Shown here piece by piece: positions 59,653 through 64,000 of a DNA stretch of 64,000 nt. This DNA is from Octopus sinensis. Its lineage: Eukaryota. The translations under genes were made by a program, and so were the position numbers. Under the pieces are notes generated by a model. It did no database searches and was not told the origin of the DNA. It saw only the letters and a program-made list of their open reading frames with translations. Numbering within the stretch: position 1 is the first letter of the stretch; every line of letters starts with the position of its first letter. The DNA lies in contig NC_043024.1 in the NCBI RefSeq assembly GCF_006345805.1, positions 18,662,001-18,726,000 of the forward strand, in the 5' to 3' direction.

Positions 59653-62600
59653 TTATTTCCTGTTACATTTGTTGCTGTGGCTGTGTAGTCCTATCCTGGA
59701 CAAACACTCCCTCTGGCAGGTACTGCAAATGTAGCGAAAACTGTTCCTGGCTGGTTGTGGTGCCATGGTCTCTTGTTTATGTCTCTTCCTTTCTTTCCAT
59801 TTCTCCTCTCTCTCTCTGTCACTCCTCTGTATACCCTCTTTTACTGTACGTCGCCATTCTCCACGGTTGCCGGCGACTGCCTCCCAACCGCTAATGTTGA
59901 TGTTGCAGGCCTTCATATCCCTTTTGCAAACATCCTTGTAACGTAAGATCGGTCTACCCACAGACCTAGTACCCCTAGCAAGCTCTCCGTAGAGTATGTC
60001 CTTGGGGATTCTGCCATCTTTCATACGGCTAACATGCCCAAGCCATCTCATACGTCTTTGTGTGAGGAGTGCAAACATGCTTGGTATTCCTGCTTGCCTG
60101 AGGACATCTTTGTTGGGGATATGATTCTGCCATTTGATGTGGAGGATTTTTCGGAGGCAGCGCAGGTGAAAGATGTTTAGGCGACGCTCTTGGCGTGTGT
60201 ATAGCGTCCAGGTCTCGCTTCCATACAGTAGAGTGCTGAGTACACATGCCTGGTAGATCTTCATTTTTGTGGTCTTGGTCAGCTTATTGTTGTCCCAAGC
60301 CCGTTTGGAGAGTTGGGCCATCGCGGCAGCTGCCTTGCCAATGTGTATATTGAACTCAGCGTCAAGGGATAGGTTGTAGGTGATGGTAGATCCCAGATAG
60401 GTAAACTTCTCCACCTCTTGTAATCTGTGGTCTCCAATATGTATGTTTGGGATGTCCGATGTAGCCTGGCCCATGATGTTGGTCTTCTTAAGGCTGATAG
60501 CTAAGCCAAAGTCGTTACATGCTTGCTCAAAACAGTTAATGAGCCTTTGGAGGGCTTCTTCTGTGTGTGTTACCAGAGCGGCATCATCAGCAAATAACAT
60601 CTCCTTGATCAGGACGTTTCTGATTTTAGTCTTGGCACGCAGGCGCGAGAGATTGAACAGTTTCCCGTCACTTCTACTGTGCAGAAACACTCCATCATCT
60701 GATGTCTGAAAGGCATGTGACAGCAAGAGTGAGAAGAAGATGCCAAACAATGTAGGAGTGAGGACACAGCCTTGCTTTACCCCGTTTTTTTATTTGGAAG
60801 GCGGCTGATGTTGAACCGTTGTGCTGTATGGTGCCTTGCATGTCATCATGGAAAGACTTGATGATCCTCAGCAGCTTTGGTGGACATCCGATTTTTTGGA
60901 GCAGGAGGAAGAGGCCTGTTCTGCTTACCGAGTCAAAAGCCTTTGTTAGATCAATGAAGGCCATATATAATGGCATTTTCTGCTCTCTGGACTTCTCCTG
61001 AAGTTGGCGTATGGAGAATATCATATCGATAGTTGATCTGCTTCTTCTAAAGCCACACTGCGATTCCGGATAGATTCGAGAAGCAAGTAGTTGTAGCCTG
61101 GCCAGGATAACGCGGGCAAAGGTCTTTCCAACAGTGCTTAGAAGGGATATACCACGGTAATTGTTACAATCACCACGGTCACCTTTGTTTTTGTAGAGCG
61201 TAATGATGTTGGCATCCCGCATATCCTGAGGGACTGTACCCTCTTCCCAGCACTGACACAGAAGCTCATGAAGGTGCCGAAGCAGGATGGTGTTTTTGCC
61301 GGCTTTGATGATCTCTGAGGGGATGCCGTCTTTTCTCGGAGCCTTATTTCTTGCTAGGGAGTCAACAGCCTTGGTGAGCTCTGCTATAGATGGCGGACTG
61401 TCAAGTTCGCACATGACTGGCAAGATCTTGACACTCTCGACTGCAGCCTCAGCCACTGTGGTCTCCCGTGAGTAGAGATCCTGGTAGTGCTCCACCCTTC
61501 TATCCATTTGCTTGCCTTGATCCCTGATGAGATCTCCAGTAGTTGATTTCAGAGGGGCTGACTTGGTTGCGGATGGACCGACGGCCTTCTTCAAACCAGC
61601 ATACATCCCACGGGTGTCGCCCCTGTCAGCAGCTGACTGGATACTCTGACAGATTTCCTGCCAATACCTATTTGCACAGCATCTGGCTGTCAGTTGGGTT
61701 TTATTTCGTGCCTTTCTGAGTTCTTCGAGTGACTTTGTAGAAGAGTCACTCTTGTATTGCACCAGAGCTGCACGCTTTGCTTCGATAACTGGCTCCAGCT
61801 CTGAGAGCCCAGCATTGAACCAATCTGGGTTTTGCCTTTCTCTCATGCCGAAAGTATCCAATGATGTCGTATACAAGGCCTCCCTGATATAGTCCCACCT
61901 ACTTTCAGCAGAGGAGGTTGGGTAGCTACTGAGGGCAACCTTGATAGAAGCAGCAAAACATTTTCGCAGTGTAGGGTCCGAGGTTCTGGCGGTGTTGATG
62001 CGTGGTCGGCCCACTTTCTTGGAGCGATGGACTTTTTTAGGGAGAATCCTCACCCTGCTTCTAATTAGTGAGTGGTCTGTGTCACAATCCGCACTGTGGT
62101 AACTGCGGGTCAATAGAGTGGAACTCAGAAAGGATCTCCGTGTAATGATGAGATCCAGCTGATGCCAGTGGTGAGATCTTGGATGTCTCCAGGATGCCTT
62201 GTGGGATGGCTTGCTGGTAAAAAATGTGTTTGTGATGCACAGGTTGTGGTATGTGCAGAATTCGAGTAGTCTCTGACCATTGTCATTCATGTTGCCAATA
62301 CCAAAGTGTCCAACACAAATGGGCCACGAATCATGGTCAGATCCCACGCGAGCGTTAAAATCCCCTAGAAGGTAGATATTTTCAGTCGTTGGTATATTTT
62401 CTAGGACACAGTTGAGATCTTTGTAGAACTGGTCCTTGGTCTCCTCTGAGCTGTAGAGAGTGGGAGCATAGATGCTGAGTAGATGTACTGAGCCAGAAGA
62501 AGTCGAGAGGCGCAGTGAGAGGATACGCTCAGTGCCTCCCGATGGTGGTTCTATTGAGGAGAGTAGTGAGTTTCTCACTGCAAAGCCAACGCCATGTTGA

Positions 62601-62941
62601 TGAGGTTCTTCTGGATCTCTTCCCTGCCAAAAGAAGGTGAAGTCCTGCTCTTTGAGTCTGCCGTTTGAGGGAAGTCTTGTCTCCTGCAGCCCAGCAATAT
62701 CTATGTTGAGCCTCTTTAGTTCACGGTCAATGATGGCCGTTTTCCTTGTGTCTTCAATACTGAGAAGATCGTCAGATATTCCAGGACACATGGTCCTGAC
62801 ATTCCAGCTTGCCAACTGCAGAACTGGTGTTTTCTTGAATTTTAGTTGCTTGCCTGGTGCAGAGGTTGCAGGCCGCTTTTCGAGTCGTACTCTTAGCTCC
62901 AAGCACCCAATGGAACAGGCGGCTTGTGGCGGGTCAGCACC
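59653..62941 (-). CDS. RTE ORF2 (APE endonuclease, reverse transcriptase, C-terminal zinc finger) with one frameshift at 60785-60791
   Basis: WNVRT, GLQET, IYAPT, LLGDFNA, DTDH; [34 protein letters not shown]; CSTC...HSHSNKC. ORFs 60695-62902 and 59653-60750 fuse if one A is removed from an A7 run. Confidence 0.93.
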
Positions 62942-63076
62942 TTATTAACTGGGGGCTGCCCAGCTTGAGGTGGGCAGTAGCTAACCAATAGGACACGGAA
63001 GTCCCTCCCACTGGCAGAGGTAACCCGTAGCGTCCATATTTTACGCCAATCTGAATGGACTTATCACTCGTAACTG

Positions 63077-63325
63077 TTACCTCCCGTGTTGTTTCTGCAG
63101 CTTTTTACAGCAGCACTGAAGTGTCCTCTCCAGTTTTGCGCAGGCCTGGGCTATAGATAAGAAAGTCCTGGGTAGCCCAATCGTCAGGTTTCCTCTCTCG
63201 ACCTTGCTGATGTAGTCCAGTGGAGTGCAGTGCATTACGTTTGGCACCAGCTTGGTTGCAGGAGCTGCCGGAAGAGTGTCGAATCGAACACTAGACCGCC
63301 TTCGGGGCTCCACTCCGGATTTCAT
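63077..63325 (-). CDS. Short upstream ORF (82 aa, [10 protein letters not shown]...KQHGR), candidate RTE ORF1
   Basis: ATG at 63325 and stop at 63077, lying within the element's 5' region. Short ORF1s are known in RTE-clade elements. Confidence 0.4.
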   Translation of the reverse strand: MKSGVEPRRRSSVRFDTLPAAPATKLVPNVMHCTPLDYISKVERGNLTIGLPRTFLSIAQACAKLERTLQCCCKKLQKQHGR

Positions 63326-63390
63326 TGAAGGTTGTCTCCTTTCCGTAACCCTGGATAGGGGCCCATACCGGTTACTATCAGCCGGAGCTG

Positions 63391-63554
63391 TATATATGTA
63401 TATATATATATAAGTATATATATACAAGTATATATATAAATATATATGCACACACGTTTATATACATGTATATATATATATACATACACATGTATATATA
63501 TACACACACATGTATATATACATGTATATATATATGTATATATATGTATGTATA

Positions 63555-63647
<93 letters not shown>

Positions 63648-64000
63648 TATATGCACATATACATACATGTATATATAATAAATATATGTGTGTATCAATG
63701 TATATACAACTGGGGGCTGAAAAGTTCATGGCCTTGGGTAAAAAAATACAGGTATATAAGTTAATTATCAATTTATCCAACATTTTGAGCAGCACCTCCT
63801 TGTACATATATATGTGTGTGAGTGTGTGTGTGTGTGAGTGTGTGTGTGTGTGGGTATGTGTGTGTGTATTCAAACACACACACATATATAAAAATGTCAT
63901 GCATAAATATATATGCATATATTTGTATATATAAAACTGTATATATATTCATGTATGTATCTATGTGTATCCATATATATATATATATATATATATATAA
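63391..64000. repeat. (TA)n/(TG)n low-complexity tract
   Basis: Direct reading. Confidence 0.9.

Larger units (their letters stand above)
59564..63390 (-). mobile_element. Apparently full-length RTE/BovB-like LINE (~3.8 kb)
   Basis: 5' UTR with a short ORF, then APE-RT-C2H2 ORF2 and a 3' UTR ending ...CCATTGTCTCCCGAGACAGAAAGGATGCCAAACAAA. Candidate 13 bp TSD TATATATGTATAT at 59551-59563 and 63391-63403 (low complexity, so ambiguous). Confidence 0.95.

Noticed and set aside
63290-63390. Canonical HDV-like ribozyme at the RTE 5' end
   Set aside because: A P1-like pairing exists, but no P3/L3 or catalytic-C J4/2 could be assigned. It is kept only as an unclassified structure.

Overview
Repeat-saturated, AT-rich eukaryotic genomic DNA. 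The SINE repertoire, RTE LINEs and microsatellite load strongly suggest an octopus (coleoid cephalopod) genome; this is recognition, not a database result. No intact host protein-coding gene was recognised, and most ORF-track entries are translations of microsatellites or SINEs. Recognisable coding sequence is all transposon-derived: an apparently full-length RTE/BovB-like LINE (59564-63390, minus) whose ORF2 is broken only by one extra A in a homopolymer; several copies of a second RTE family carrying a PHD-like finger; a 5'-truncated Penelope-like element (RT C-terminus plus GIY-YIG); two nested mariner relics; and maT-like and Tc1-like relics. Also present are at least four tRNA-derived SINE families, non-autonomous Helitrons, MITEs and several foldback elements. 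The best finding is a set of minimal type-I hammerhead ribozyme motifs tied to Penelope-type termini (21615, 39023, 40127, 50354, plus relics). Their 3-8 core pair co-varies (C-G, U-A, A-U) and their stem III is palindromic, as in dimer-acting Penelope hammerheads. All coordinates were read by eye and element edges may be off by a few bases.
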